This document shows positions 24,655 through 38,440 of a stretch of DNA of 64,000 nucleotides, in pieces. How positions within the stretch are numbered: position 1 is the first letter of the stretch; the number at the start of each line of letters is the position of its first letter. The DNA comes from Albugo candida. Taxonomy: Eukaryota. The translations under genes were made by a program, and so were the position numbers. Below the pieces are notes generated by a model. It worked only from the letters and a program-made list of their open reading frames with translations, was not told the origin of the DNA and did no database searches. The stretch is taken from the NCBI GenBank assembly GCA_040437565.1, contig JBDOQK010000019.1, forward strand, positions 124,001-188,000, read 5' to 3'.

Positions 24655-27279
24655 TAAAATACAGTTACAATTTGATTTAAAGGACTGCAAATTTAAAACA
24701 TTGAAACGACCGTCATATAAGCGCTGTATTACTGATATTCTAACCAATCGTAAGATTTCGCATAGTAAGGATTTAAGACGAATTAAAAGGGCAAGTCGGG
24801 CTTCTTGCTTGTGACCGTGCGTTGATACTTGTATCAGAGCGTGAAGTGCCTAGCGTACAAAAGCTAAACAAGTTGAATTGAACTAGGGACCACAGATGTT
24901 AGGCGAACAGTATCTGCTCAGATAATCGCATTCTGAATCTTGAAGACATGCTCGATTGAGTTTGCGCATTACGCTACTTCCTGCTGAAACGGGCTTCATG
25001 AGAAAATACTCGTTTCATGTGTGGTGCTTGCAATAGAATCACAATCCAGATATTTCTATTAGCACGCACGAAATTCACTGCACGTCGCGATATTTGATGA
25101 TATGTCGGTCGAGATAAAAAACTTCAAGGAAGCCATTCATCGGCCGCGATGCATCTAATGATTCTATTGCGAAAGAATCGGACGATCTTTGCTTGTGCTT
25201 TTTGTCTGCCCAAGACCTCATCTTGGGCATTTTCATGGCTCCACTAAGCTCCTGAAATCATTGCAATTCGACAATCCATAACTTGATTATCAACCTGATC
25301 AGATGCAGACGAACAGAACTAAGTATTAAGGAGCTGGACGATGTGCCGCGGATGCACGATAGCTGGATCTCCTCAACGTCGAAACCTTTGATTTGTCAGC
25401 GTCCATCACAATGTTCTTCTGCGAGGAATGCTGCAATTGCTTCAATTTTAGACGTCGATCCACACGTTGACGCTCAATTCGCTCTGATTCCTTCTCACGA
25501 TATCGCGTTACATGTGCGTCGTTTCGAGCCTGGTTGGCTCGTATAATCATTCGAATGACACCTTTCATACCCGAATCCAGACGAAAGCCCGCAAATAGCG
25601 ATTCGATGGATGGCAAGTCAGCCAAATGGAACAACGGAAATTCGGACAAACGAGAAAGAGAAGCTTTTGGGTCTCCTTCACATTCTTCGTCCCATAAGTT
25701 CAACTCTGAGGAAGAAGGCTGAGATGATGGTGCTGTGATGGAAACGGGGGTTCTCTTGGAAAGTATCCTTCTTGAGTCTAAGAGAAATATATAGCGTAAG
25801 ACATCCGCAATCATCGGGTCCATTGTGTCTAATATGGAGCTATCTGGTCGGGGGGAAGCTAGTTCGAGACCTGTTGCCATTTCATAGATGACGTGTCCAA
25901 ACTGTATCAGATCCGGTTCAACGTATGCCTCTAGCGGCGTCATCAGGTCTCGTAGACGGACCGGTCGATCAAGGCCGAATAAAGTGTTGTACAAGTCTGT
26001 TAATCTACTCAACCAAGAGTTAGTCTACATCGCATCGCTCTTTGATTCTCACTTACTTTGCACTCTTATTATCGATCAGTATATTTCCCGAATGCAAGCT
26101 TTCACAAATTATTCCTTTGGACCGTAACGCCATTAATGCTCTCATAATCTCGGTGCTAAATTGGGCAATTTCTTGTACACCTAGCGGTTTATTACGCTGA
26201 TGTTGATACTTGATAAGATACTCCCATTCTGGCCGCTGATTTCGATGGATGTAGTCTTTCAAGCTTCCAGCCTCGATCCAAGGTTGCACGATGACCAATG
26301 CGTTCTTCTCNNNNNNNNNNNNNNNNNNNNNNNNNNNNNNNNNNNNNNNNNNNNNNNNNNNNNNNNNNNNNNNNNNNNNNNNNNNNNNNNNNNNNNNNNN
26401 NNNNNNNNNNGGGGCTTTGATGATATTTTAGAGGTGAATCAGCTCATGACGAACGATATATATCAAGTTCTCAAAACTTTCGGCGTCGAAGCAGCTCGAG
26501 CATCGATTTCGAAGCAAATCAATGAAGTTTTTGGAGTATATGGTATTAGCGTGGATCCACGTCATTTGAGCTTGTTGGCTGATTACATGACAGCCAAAGG
26601 AGGATACATGCCTCTGAATCGCACGGGAATGGTGAATAAAGCGTCTTCCTTCCAGCAAATTACATTCGAGACATCAATGAAGTTTCTCACAGATGCAGCT
26701 CTTAGTAGGCTTTCGGATCAATTGGAGTCACCTTCTGGGCGCTTAGTGTTGGGGCTGCCGCCGCATGTGGGCACTGGAAGCTTCTCACTATTGCATCCAA
26801 TTCCTGTTTGAATCCACTTAATTCGAATAGATACATAATACATGTCTGCTGTTTCTTGCAATCCTAAAAACGACAGTCCCGCCAGATTGAGGCAGCTCTT
26901 CACGCGCGAAACTCGTTCAAATTTGCAATTACAGCTAATCGAGATATAATGTAGCGTTGCGTACGACGTAATTTACACCGGTTCAACCGCTCCTTCAGCC
27001 TATCCGACTGCCGAGGTTTCCTTATATCTGGTGGTCAATAAGTAGAAATTGTCGGTGTTGAAGGACAGACATCGTATTAGCAAAGCGACTTCATTATAGT
27101 ATTTATTTGCATGAGACAGCTCTATTCGTCCGTTAGTGTGGGGCACAATCGTAAGTATCGCTTGGAGGTCCGTCAACTGTTCATTTTATCACATACTATG
27201 AAATTGCACGGTTTAACATACACATACAAAGCTAACTCGTTGATACCTGATCAACGAAACAGTAAAAATGATTATAATC

Positions 27280-27662
27280 GGGAGTCTTTATTATTCAGTC
27301 ACCCTCTTGATAGTATTCACTCACCCAGTGATCATTGGCTAAAATCCACGTTAGACGGAGATGTACATTCACTCACTGCAAGAATATCCTTTTATAATCT
27401 TTAGAAAGTTGCGTTTATAATTGCAGAATTTTTACGTCCTAAATATAAGCCACTTTGGTAATATACATATTGAAGCAAATTTTATGGTGTATATCCTAAG
27501 AGTGTATAGGATTGATAAGTTGAGTTCAATTTTACACTTTGTTTGTGCCTAGTTGTAGTCGAAAGGGAGTCACCGCGCATGTGGTGTGGCTCAGTGATGA
27601 GTAATGATTACTGATGAATATTAGCCAATGAATCAGGAAGTGAGTGAATACTAAAGGCTTCC
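27280..27662. mobile_element. Same MITE copy inside the artefactual duplicate
   Basis: Matches 24272-24654 at offset 3008. Confidence 0.7.
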
Positions 27663-28333
27663 TAAAATACAGTTACAATTTGATTTAAAGGACTGCAAAT
27701 TTAAAACATTGAAACGACCGTCATATAAGCGCTGTATTACTGATATTCTAACCAATCGTAAGATTTCGCATAGTAAGGATTTAAGACGAATTAAAAGGGC
27801 AAGTCGGGCTTCTTGCTTGTGACCGTGCGTTGATACTTGTATCAGAGCGTGAAGTGCCTAGCGTACAAAAGCTAAACAAGTTGAATTGAACTAGGGACCA
27901 CAGATGTTAGGCGAACAGTATCTGCTCAGATAATCGCATTCTGAATCTTGAAGACATGCTCGATTGAGTTTGCGCATTACGCTACTTCCTGCTGAAACGG
28001 GCTTCATGAGAAAATACTCGTTTCATGTGTGGTGCTTGCAATAGAATCACAATCCAGATATTTCTATTAGCACGCACGAAATTCACTGCACGTCGCGATA
28101 TTTGATGATATGTCGGTCGAGATAAAAAACTTCAAGGAAGCCATTCATCGGCCGCGATGCATCTAATGATTCTATTGCGAAAGAATCGGACGATCTTTGC
28201 TTGTGCTTTTTGTCTGCCCAAGACCTCATCTTGGGCATTTTCATGGCTCCACTAAGCTCCTGAAATCATTGCAATTCGACAATCCATAACTTGATTATCA
28301 ACCTGATCAGATGCAGACGAACAGAACTAAGTA

Positions 28334-29636
28334 TTAAGGAGCTGGACGATGTGCCGCGGATGCACGATAGCTGGATCTCCTCAACGTCGAAACCTTTGAT
28401 TTGTCAGCGTCCATCACAATGTTCTTCTGCGAGGAATGCTGCAATTGCTTCAATTTTAGACGTCGATCCACACGTTGACGCTCAATTCGCTCTGATTCCT
28501 TCTCACGATATCGCGTTACATGTGCGTCGTTTCGAGCCTGGTTGGCTCGTATAATCATTCGAATGACACCTTTCATACCCGAATCCAGACGAAAGCCCGC
28601 AAATAGCGATTCGATGGATGGCAAGTCAGCCAAATGGAACAACGGAAATTCGGACAAACGAGAAAGAGAAGCTTTTGGGTCTCCTTCACATTCTTCGTCC
28701 CATAAGTTCAACTCTGAGGAAGAAGGCTGAGATGATGGTGCTGTGATGGAAACGGGGGTTCTCTTGGAAAGTATCCTTCTTGAGTCTAAGAGAAATATAT
28801 AGCGTAAGACATCCGCAATCATCGGGTCCATTGTGTCTAATATGGAGCTATCTGGTCGGGGGGAAGCTAGTTCGAGACCTGTTGCCATTTCATAGATGAC
28901 GTGTCCAAACTGTATCAGATCCGGTTCAACGTATGCCTCTAGCGGCGTCATCAGGTCTCGTAGACGGACCGGTCGATCAAGGCCGAATAAAGTGTTGTAC
29001 AAGTCTGTTAATCTACTCAACCAAGAGTTAGTCTACATCGCATCGCTCTTTGATTCTCACTTACTTTGCACTCTTATTATCGATCAGTATATTTCCCGAA
29101 TGCAAGCTTTCACAAATTATTCCTTTGGACCGTAACGCCATTAATGCTCTCATAATCTCGGTGCTAAATTGGGCAATTTCTTGTACACCTAGCGGTTTAT
29201 TACGCTGATGTTGATACTTGATAAGATACTCCCATTCTGGCCGCTGATTTCGATGGATGTAGTCTTTCAAGCTTCCAGCCTCGATCCAAGGTTGCACGAT
29301 GACCAATGCGTTCTTCTCTCTCACATACGTGAAATCTACCACAGGAAGTATATTTGGATGCGCTAATGACACAAGAAGTGCTTTCATCTCATAATCCAAT
29401 TGTGAGCGTCTGATTCCCTGCAAATTGGTAGAATTTGCTGATACTATTGTCAGGAGCATGTCTTGACTCCTTTCCAGCTCTTGCATCAAATTTGTTAGTT
29501 GTATGCGAAATCGAAATTTTCCTCGATCTTTTCGACCGATGCACGTCAGCGATTCTTCTTTCCATTGAAACAGAGGATACTGCTGACAATATTTTGCTGC
29601 CAGCAGCACAGCACTTGTTCCAGTGATGGCAGTCAT
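28334..29636 (-). CDS. Slob/PXK-like pseudokinase without PX domain (partial duplicate at 25326-26310)
   Basis: LAHPNILPV, GSLKDYIH, ESLHSGNILID, LTDLYNTLFGL, DLIQFGHVIYEMATG. Intron ~29013-29064. Confidence 0.75.
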
Positions 29637-29703
29637 GTTTTCAATTTGATGTTAAACGATTTTATTTGTAAGCGTCGTACCGTTAAAAACTAATAAGTGA
29701 AAT

Positions 29704-31231
29704 TTATTGTATAGGCTTGACAGCTAAAGTCTCAATAGAACAGTTGCTTCCAAGGAGATTGGCGGCATTACATATTGGGCATGCCCCAGCCGTAAATATT
29801 GTTCGGGTAATGACGATAGCTGATATTCCCACACTTGGTCCGGACAAGAAAAGGCGAGAGAAAGTTTGTGTTGAGGTATTCTTCAGCACAGTAATGATAT
29901 ATTGAGTGTCGTACACGAATGTAAAGTGCGTTGGGTACGATTGAATGAGACTCATAAGTAGTGCAATCAACCCCGTTGTATGTGGTGTTGCCATCGAAGT
30001 TCCTGTCAGCCGAGTGTGCGCGTCATCTGATGTACTGATAGCGGAACGAATGCCAACACCTGGAGCAAGAATAGGTTTCATCAGCTGTTGCTGACTGCAA
30101 AGCTTCTCATCACCAGGTCCTTTTCCACTGGCTCCCCATAATGTTTTGGATCCAACAAATGCACCGACCGTGATTGATTCATGCGCAGAAACTGGAAACT
30201 GAACAGAGCCACATTGGAATCCATTAGTATTTCCACTAGCAAATACTGCAACCACACCAGCTGGAATCCAAACATCAAGTACATTTCGAAACCATATTTA
30301 GTCCTCGTATGTGATATCATCCCGGCTGATACCAAAGGAATTTGTGACAATGTCGGCACCTAAAGTATAGTCGGGTTCAGTCCCGTCCAGTTTTGTTGGG
30401 CATATGACCCACTGTGCGGCTATCAAAAAGTCGCTTTTAAGAACAGTACCAAATATATCAAATGCCCTTGCTGTTATCCAGGTTGCGTTTGGAGCGACAC
30501 CAATACCAAATCGACCAACAGCGGTACCCATTGTGTGTGTACCATGCCCAACAAGATTAGCGGTCTCGGGATCGAGCTTATCTTCAGGTGTACCTTTAGG
30601 TGCCCAAAAAGCATATTCTAGGTCATATTTCTTTCGAAATTTATCGTAATTTTTCTCGAAAGGTATTTTTAAGAGCCTCTTGTGAATATCGGACTCCTGA
30701 GTCGATGCTGGGCACAGTCAAATGTTGTCCGGTTACACCAAAATTCCATGGTTCAGGAGCGTGGAAAGAACGTATATTACTTCCCACTAAGTTTGTCTTC
30801 TGGGCATCCATTCTGTCGATTACAACAACCAGGTGGATGAAATCCTGCAAGTCTTTGATCGTATTCAACATCCATGACACCTCAAAAATGAAGCAACGAT
30901 GAAAGCATTCCATCAAAAATTGGAGAACGATTGACCGCTGGAAAACGCTCACAATAGAGCCATTCACAAAGTCACTAATTGATGGTTTCTCTGAGCTATG
31001 AATTTCGACAATAACAACATTTTGAATCCAAAGTGGCTGAATCTCTACCAGAAGGTCGCTCACGGAATTGATGGGTTTGGCCTTGGCCTTCAGGTAAGAA
31101 ATGATGTGTTTTTGCGAGTCTTTAATCTGCAAAAGATGCCGACACACATATTCCCCTTGGCGACAAGAAGCGATTCCCGGCAGTGCATCTATCGTGTGAG
31201 TATCCGCATGAGGCCATAAGCTTATAATCAA
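29704..31231 (-). pseudogene. Subtilisin S8 protease (bacillopeptidase F-like) pseudogene
   Basis: Catalytic motifs IDSG, HGTHTMG, ASGN, GTSMATPH. Frameshift near 30640, in-frame TAA at 30298-30300, and PNNIYGWG motif out of frame near 29790. Confidence 0.85.
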
Positions 31232-31351
31232 TGATTCAAAACTGGTCGGGAAAAGCTGATTTCGAATGCTTTGGCCCGGAGAACGTCGCAGAAAAAAATC
31301 TCATCGCTTAGACTTCTTCGTAGTATCCGATCCAATTGTTTTTATATTATT

Positions 31352-32882
<1,531 letters not shown>

Positions 32883-33072
32883 CACGTAAAATTACAGGCC
32901 GAATGTTAGCCTCTTTTATCCAATCGATAAAGTAATTTTGCATACCTCTTTATTCTGATTCATAGATGCTGAACAAACTACGGTAACTGCCACGATGGTG
33001 GCGCATCCAGAAAAATCCTTGGTGACCTCTAAAGATACATATTTGGCATTGATGTGTACCACATTAATAAAT

Positions 33073-35722
33073 ATGAGGCTTACCGCTGAGCGTGCGCCGC
33101 TGCTGGGGAAGACCAACCGTTCTCGCGGTCTAGACGTTATTTTGCAAGAACGCAATAAGAAAAACTTGCTTTGTTTACAAGCAAGTTTACTTTTCCTCAT
33201 TGTTATCGATGCAATTTCATTCAGTCTTCTCGCTATCCAAACCTTTGGAAGCTCATTTTGGACTTTTCAGTGGCTAGGAGCAGATCATAAGTCAAAAACA
33301 TTTCGCTTTTGGGCACTGCCGTTTTATGGATTATCTGTCAAGACGCTGCTACTTCTCACTGTTACACTTAGCGCAATAATGTTTCCCTTCAAATCGCAGC
33401 CCATTTATTCCACTTCTTCAATGTGGCACACTTTCAAGCAACTTTGCCTGCTGTCTTTGCTGTTACTTGTCTATCTATGGAGCCTGATTTTAATAATTCT
33501 ACTGGCTGTGGACGCATTTCAATTGGATGCATTATTTGTGAGTGTAAATGTACATGATCGCTGGATTTTGGCTCATGTAAAAACTGCCAACTCGCTCGCC
33601 CTTGTGTTTACCGTTATGGAGCTTGTGAATTTCTACCATCTTCCCAGTACATCACTTCTTACATTTTTCAGAAAAAGGTCTATGGGGGAGCTGCCAATGC
33701 AATGTTTAGAGGGTACAAGTGGCGATAATGTAATTGAAGGCGTTCCTTTTTCGAAGATGATGTGCATCTTACGTCCTTACTTTTGGCCCAATGGCACAGC
33801 AAATCGAGCTCGAGCCTTTAGTACCTACCTATTCCTGTTTCTTTCCAAACTTCTCAATCTGTTATCTCCATTATACATGGCCAAAGCCACAAACGCTATA
33901 ATCAAGCAAGACGCAAAAACAGCGCTTTTCGCTTTAGCGATATTTAGTGGCATGACGCTGGGCTCAAAATTGCTCAAAGAATTACAGTCGCTGATTTATC
34001 TCAAAGTGAAACAGACGGCTTACATCGAACTGGCGACATACACTTACGCGCATCTACACGCGCTGTCGTACGATTGGCATGTTCACAAAAAACTGGGTGA
34101 TGTACTACGCTCGATGGATCGAGGAGTGGAATCCGCCAATTCGGTGGTATCGTATCTCTTCCTCTCATTGTTTCCCACACTTGGTGAATCTATAGTGGTG
34201 CTGGTAATCTTTGCAGCTCATTTCCAACTGGCAAGTCTTTCTTTCATTGCATTCATGAGCCTCGTATTATATGCATATCTGACCGTCACGATCACTTTAT
34301 GGCGAAAAAAGTTCAGAGAAGCAAGTAACAAACACGACAATGAGTACCACGATAAAGCCACCGATGCTTTGATAAATTACGAAACAATCAAATATTTTAC
34401 AAATGAAAAGTATGAAGTTGACTCGTATACAGAAGTTATACGCAAGTTTCAGACGCAATCTGTTACTGTACAAGCATCGTTAAGCCTGCTGAATTCCTCA
34501 CAAGCGTTTGTTTTCCAAATGACTATCTTCGGATCGTTGGCCATTGCTGCACCATATGTTATCCGTCACGAGCAAAATCAAAGCCAAGGATTCGAAGATG
34601 CAATCAAAATCAATGTTGGTGACTTTGTGGCCATTTCGGTGTACCTTAACAACTTATTCCAACCGCTGGCATTCCTGGGAACCATCTATAATATGATCAT
34701 CCGTGCTATTGTGGATATGCAAAAGCTTAGCGAGCTATTATCCATCGAGCCGGATGTGATGGATCATCCTCATGCTGTCGACTTGTCAGTCAACGAGCAT
34801 ACAAGAACGCATGGAATTCCAGTGAGTTTCCGGAATGTGTCGTTCAAATATCCACGATCTACTACAGCTGACAAAGCTGATGAAGATCTGGCTATAGGAA
34901 GAGGTGTACGAGACCTCACTTTTTCCATTCCGGCTGGAACAACCACAGCTTTGGTCGGGGAAACAGGCTCTGGAAAATCCACAATCGGCAGACTACTGTT
35001 TCGCTTTTACGAATGCGATAGAGGTGAAATTTTGGTCAACAAGTATAATATTCGCAATGTGACACAGCATTCTCTTCGACACATCATCGGTATGGTTCCT
35101 CAAGACACAACATTGTTTAATGGTACGATCTATGACAACATCAAGTACGGCAATTTGGAAGCCACATTTGAGCAAGTGGAAAATGCAGCTAGACATGCGA
35201 AAATATACGATTTCATCATGAAACTTCCAGACGCTTGGAACTCACGAGTTGGTGAACGAGGTTTGAAGCTATCTGGTGGTGAGAAGCAGCGCATTGCTAT
35301 CGCTCGAGTCCTTTTGAAAGATCCTCCATTCGTCATCCTTGATGAAGCAACGTCTGCATTGGATACACTGACTGAACAGGAGATACAAATGGCACTTCGT
35401 CGGCTGCAACGAAATCGGACAATGCTGATTATTGCGCATCGTCTGTCAACGGTATGATACATTTTTCGATAGATTGTTACAATGCCTTACGGTGTTTCAT
35501 GATTAGATTTCTCATGCGAACGAGATTCTAGTACTTCATGAAGGTGAGATAGTTGAGCGTGGCTCGCATGAAGAGCTTGTTGGAAGACAGAATAGTGTTT
35601 ACACACGAATGTGGCACGCTCAGCTTCTTCGAAATGAAGCGCTATTCAGTAGTGTTGAATCTCAGATTATAGAAGACAGTGAGGAGCATGAAGTCATTGA
35701 TCCGTTTAATGTATCACTATGA
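33073..35722 (+). CDS. ABCB half-transporter, ABCB6/HMT1/ATM1-like, with N-terminal membrane extension
   Basis: DALINYETIKYF, GETGSGKST, LSGGEKQR, ILDEATSALD, IAHRLST. Intron 35452-35506. Confidence 0.93.
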
Positions 35723-36540
35723 AAATATTCAATTTAATTTACACCAACTTCTATAGTGCTATTTACGATATAAAAATTTACGCTTTTACCTGAAGACTCC
35801 CGTATAAAAACTGACATTCCGTCAAATCTCCTTATTTCTTGTGTCCTTTTCGAGTGCTGACCGCTTGATACTGACCGTAATATCGACTATCATGCAAATG
35901 ATTACCGTAGACTTGGATTATCAGAAGCTTACAACCTCTGACGCAGGGCTGGCAGCTNNNNNNNNNNNNNNNNNNNNNNNNNNNNNNNNNNNNNNNNNNN
36001 NNNNNNNNNNNNNNNNNNNNNNNNNNNNNNNNNNNNNNNNNNNNNNNNNNNNNNNNNTGTTACAATGCCTTACGGTGTTTCATGATTAGATTTCTCATGC
36101 GAACGAGATTCTAGTACTTCATGAAGGTGAGATAGTTGAGCGTGGCTCGCATGAAGAGCTTGTTGGAAGACAGAATAGTGTTTACACACGAATGTGGCAC
36201 GCTCAGCTTCTTCGAAATGAAGCGCTATTCAGTAGTGTTGAATCTCAGATTATAGAAGACAGTGAGGAGCATGAAGTCATTGATCCGTTTAATGTATCAC
36301 TATGAAAATATTCAATTTAATTTACACCAACTTCTATAGTGCTATTTACGATATAAAAATTTACGCTTTTACCTGAAGACTCCCGTATAAAAACTGACAT
36401 TCCGTCAAATCTCCTTATTTCTTGTGTCCTTTTCGAGTGCTGACCGCTTGATACTGACCGTAATATCGACTATCATGCAAATGATTACCGTAGACTTGGA
36501 TTATCAGAAGCTTACAACCTCTGACGCAGGGCTGGCAGCT
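35475..36540. repeat. Exact 483-bp duplication across gap (35475-35957 = 36058-36540); probable artefact
   Basis: Matching sequence on both sides of the 100-N gap. Confidence 0.9.
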
Positions 36541-37122
36541 ATGATGAGAGCTGCCATGTGTCGGTGCACCCTGACGTATGTATCAAGCTTTTTATGCATG
36601 TAAATTTGCGAAGTTAGCTGACATGACTCCAATGTCAGCAGCGTTTCGAGTCAAGTACGAAGCTTTCTGTAATGAGAGAAAGCTACAAATTTGCCTATTT
36701 TCCTTTTTTTCTTCGTGCACCTCCACAAGTGAAATGTGTGACGGGCTCGTAAAAACGGTTCAATATAAATGTCCAATGTTTGATATTGATCGCAATGAAG
36801 ATTAAATTGGCAATCAAAGGACCGAGTTTGAGACTTCGAATGATGATGATCGAAAAGAACTGTGGTTGCTGTAATGAGAGCTACCACACTTCATCAAGGA
36901 TCATAGGGAATTAGCACATCCGTTGATCGCTGCTTTTGGTCGAGTGATTGTGTTGCGATGGGAGAAGATTTTGACTCAATCGATATAGCTAAGATGCATA
37001 GACGTATTAAATGCTGTAAGAGCGTAAGGAGACATTTTCCGTGCAAGCATGAAGGTATCATGCATCTCGCATCAGCTGGCTATTAGATAGCACTGTAATG
37101 AGAGAGAAGCTACAAAATGCCA
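36527..37122. ncRNA. Candidate structured RNA or repeat array: four hairpins sharing loop RTRATGAG
   Basis: Loops at 36541-48, 36669-76, 36871-78 and 37095-102, each closed by CT/AG with different complementary stems. Confidence 0.4.
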
Positions 37123-37158
37123 ATTATGCATCGACTCTGTTTCTCGCCAATTAAAAAA

Positions 37159-38256
37159 TCATTCCCATTGTATGGATCGACCGTAAGCTGCAAATGCATG
37201 AAATGCTGTCCGTTCGTCGCTGTGAAACACGACCAGACATTCTTCGGCGACCGCAATCATATCTGTGTGAAAGATAACTTTTTCATTATAGATAAAATAT
37301 GCTTGCAGTATACTGCAAATAGCAACTCGTTCTTCTTCGCTCATCCAGCTACTTGATTCTGTGACAGCTTTTTCCATCGTTTGGTACCGTGGGCACTCGC
37401 CACAGTGACAAATGTAATCTTGTAAACGGACTTGAACATCAAGAATCGATTTTGCGCATAATTTCAAGCATTCTTCACTATCAATTGTACTACATATTGT
37501 GACCGAACGACACGGTTTTTGCTCATTTGGCTTGAAATCGTTTTCTGCGTCTTGAAGACACCACCAGGAATTTTTGAGTTTATCAGACCAGTAAGAACTA
37601 TCCTCACTCTCAGTGTCAGATAATGGATCTTCTGCACCTTTCCCACACAAAATTGTGTCAATCACTTCACCAGAGGCTGTAGACGGGAGATCCAACATTT
37701 CGTGTGAGCTTTCGATGATCGACTCTACCAAATCATAAGATTGCTTAGAAACATCAACCACATTTTTTAGGCTAATGTCCAAAGTTTCAGATGATTTATT
37801 CGTTTTGTTTTGCTTCTTGTTTCGCCCAAAAATCTTATCGCACCACCTGCGCGGCTTCTGATGTGCCTTCTTGCTCTTCTTAGGTTCCATCGACTTTATC
37901 TCGTTCTCTCTTTGCTTAACGAATGAGCTTTTTTTAACTGTTTCCTTTTCAATTCTCTGAACATAAGAATGAACTATCACTGGGTCCCACGATAAACGAT
38001 TGAGTTGATCATTGAATGTGAGCTGCTTGGAAGCTTCGTTTGAGTGATCAGATGACGCTAGACGTGACAAATTTGTTAATGTTGAGACTTTTAATGGTAC
38101 GATGGAAACAACAGACGGATTTGTAGGACTGTTGCAAGTCTCTTTGAGATGCATAGAGACGGAAATATAATCGAAACTTGCATCGCTCATATCTTCGAAT
38201 TCGACGATATTCTGGTCGTTTCCAAAGCAGGATCCAACAAGCAATTTATTACCCAT
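37159..38256 (-). CDS. Hypothetical protein with degenerate C-terminal Rab-GAP TBC-like segment
   Basis: 365-aa ATG ORF. ICSILQAYFIYNEKVIFHTDM...DERTAFHAF resembles the TBC LxAY...GYxQGM...EEDAF pattern. Confidence 0.7.
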   Translation of the reverse strand: MGNKLLVGSCFGNDQNIVEFEDMSDASFDYISVSMHLKETCNSPTNPSVVSIVPLKVSTLTNLSRLASSDHSNEASKQLTFNDQLNRLSWDPVIVHSYVQRIEKETVKKSSFVKQRENEIKSMEPKKSKKAHQKPRRWCDKIFGRNKKQNKTNKSSETLDISLKNVVDVSKQSYDLVESIIESSHEMLDLPSTASGEVIDTILCGKGAEDPLSDTESEDSSYWSDKLKNSWWCLQDAENDFKPNEQKPCRSVTICSTIDSEECLKLCAKSILDVQVRLQDYICHCGECPRYQTMEKAVTESSSWMSEEERVAICSILQAYFIYNEKVIFHTDMIAVAEECLVVFHSDERTAFHAFAAYGRSIQWE

Positions 38257-38440
38257 AATATCAAAATTTTCAATTTAGCTGTTGAAGGGGAATTGAGAAG
38301 TGAGGTGCTTCATCGCATCGCTTTGTTTCGCCGACGGTGAGCATTTGCCGCCGATTCCAGTTTCCGCAATTGCTACCATCTTATTGGGCAAAATAGCCAA
38401 GTTGGTTGAAATTTTTTTTCAGGTATTGGCCATTAGTGAA

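Larger units (their letters stand above)
23403..29318. repeat. Exact 2908-bp direct duplication (23403-26310 = 26411-29318) separated by a 100-N gap; probable contig-overlap artefact
   Basis: No differences seen at offset 3008. Each copy ends exactly at a gap edge and truncates a gene. Confidence 0.9.

Noticed and set aside
26200-26811. Chimeric ORF ending in the RPA1 C-terminus (second RPA1 gene)
   Set aside because: It reads through the N gap into the duplicated segment.
36533-37112. Hairpin array as a CRISPR array or CRESS-virus origin
   Set aside because: Eukaryotic context, irregular spacing (128, 202, 224 bp), no cas or Rep gene; the reverse-strand loop CTCATTAC only partly matches NANTATTAC.
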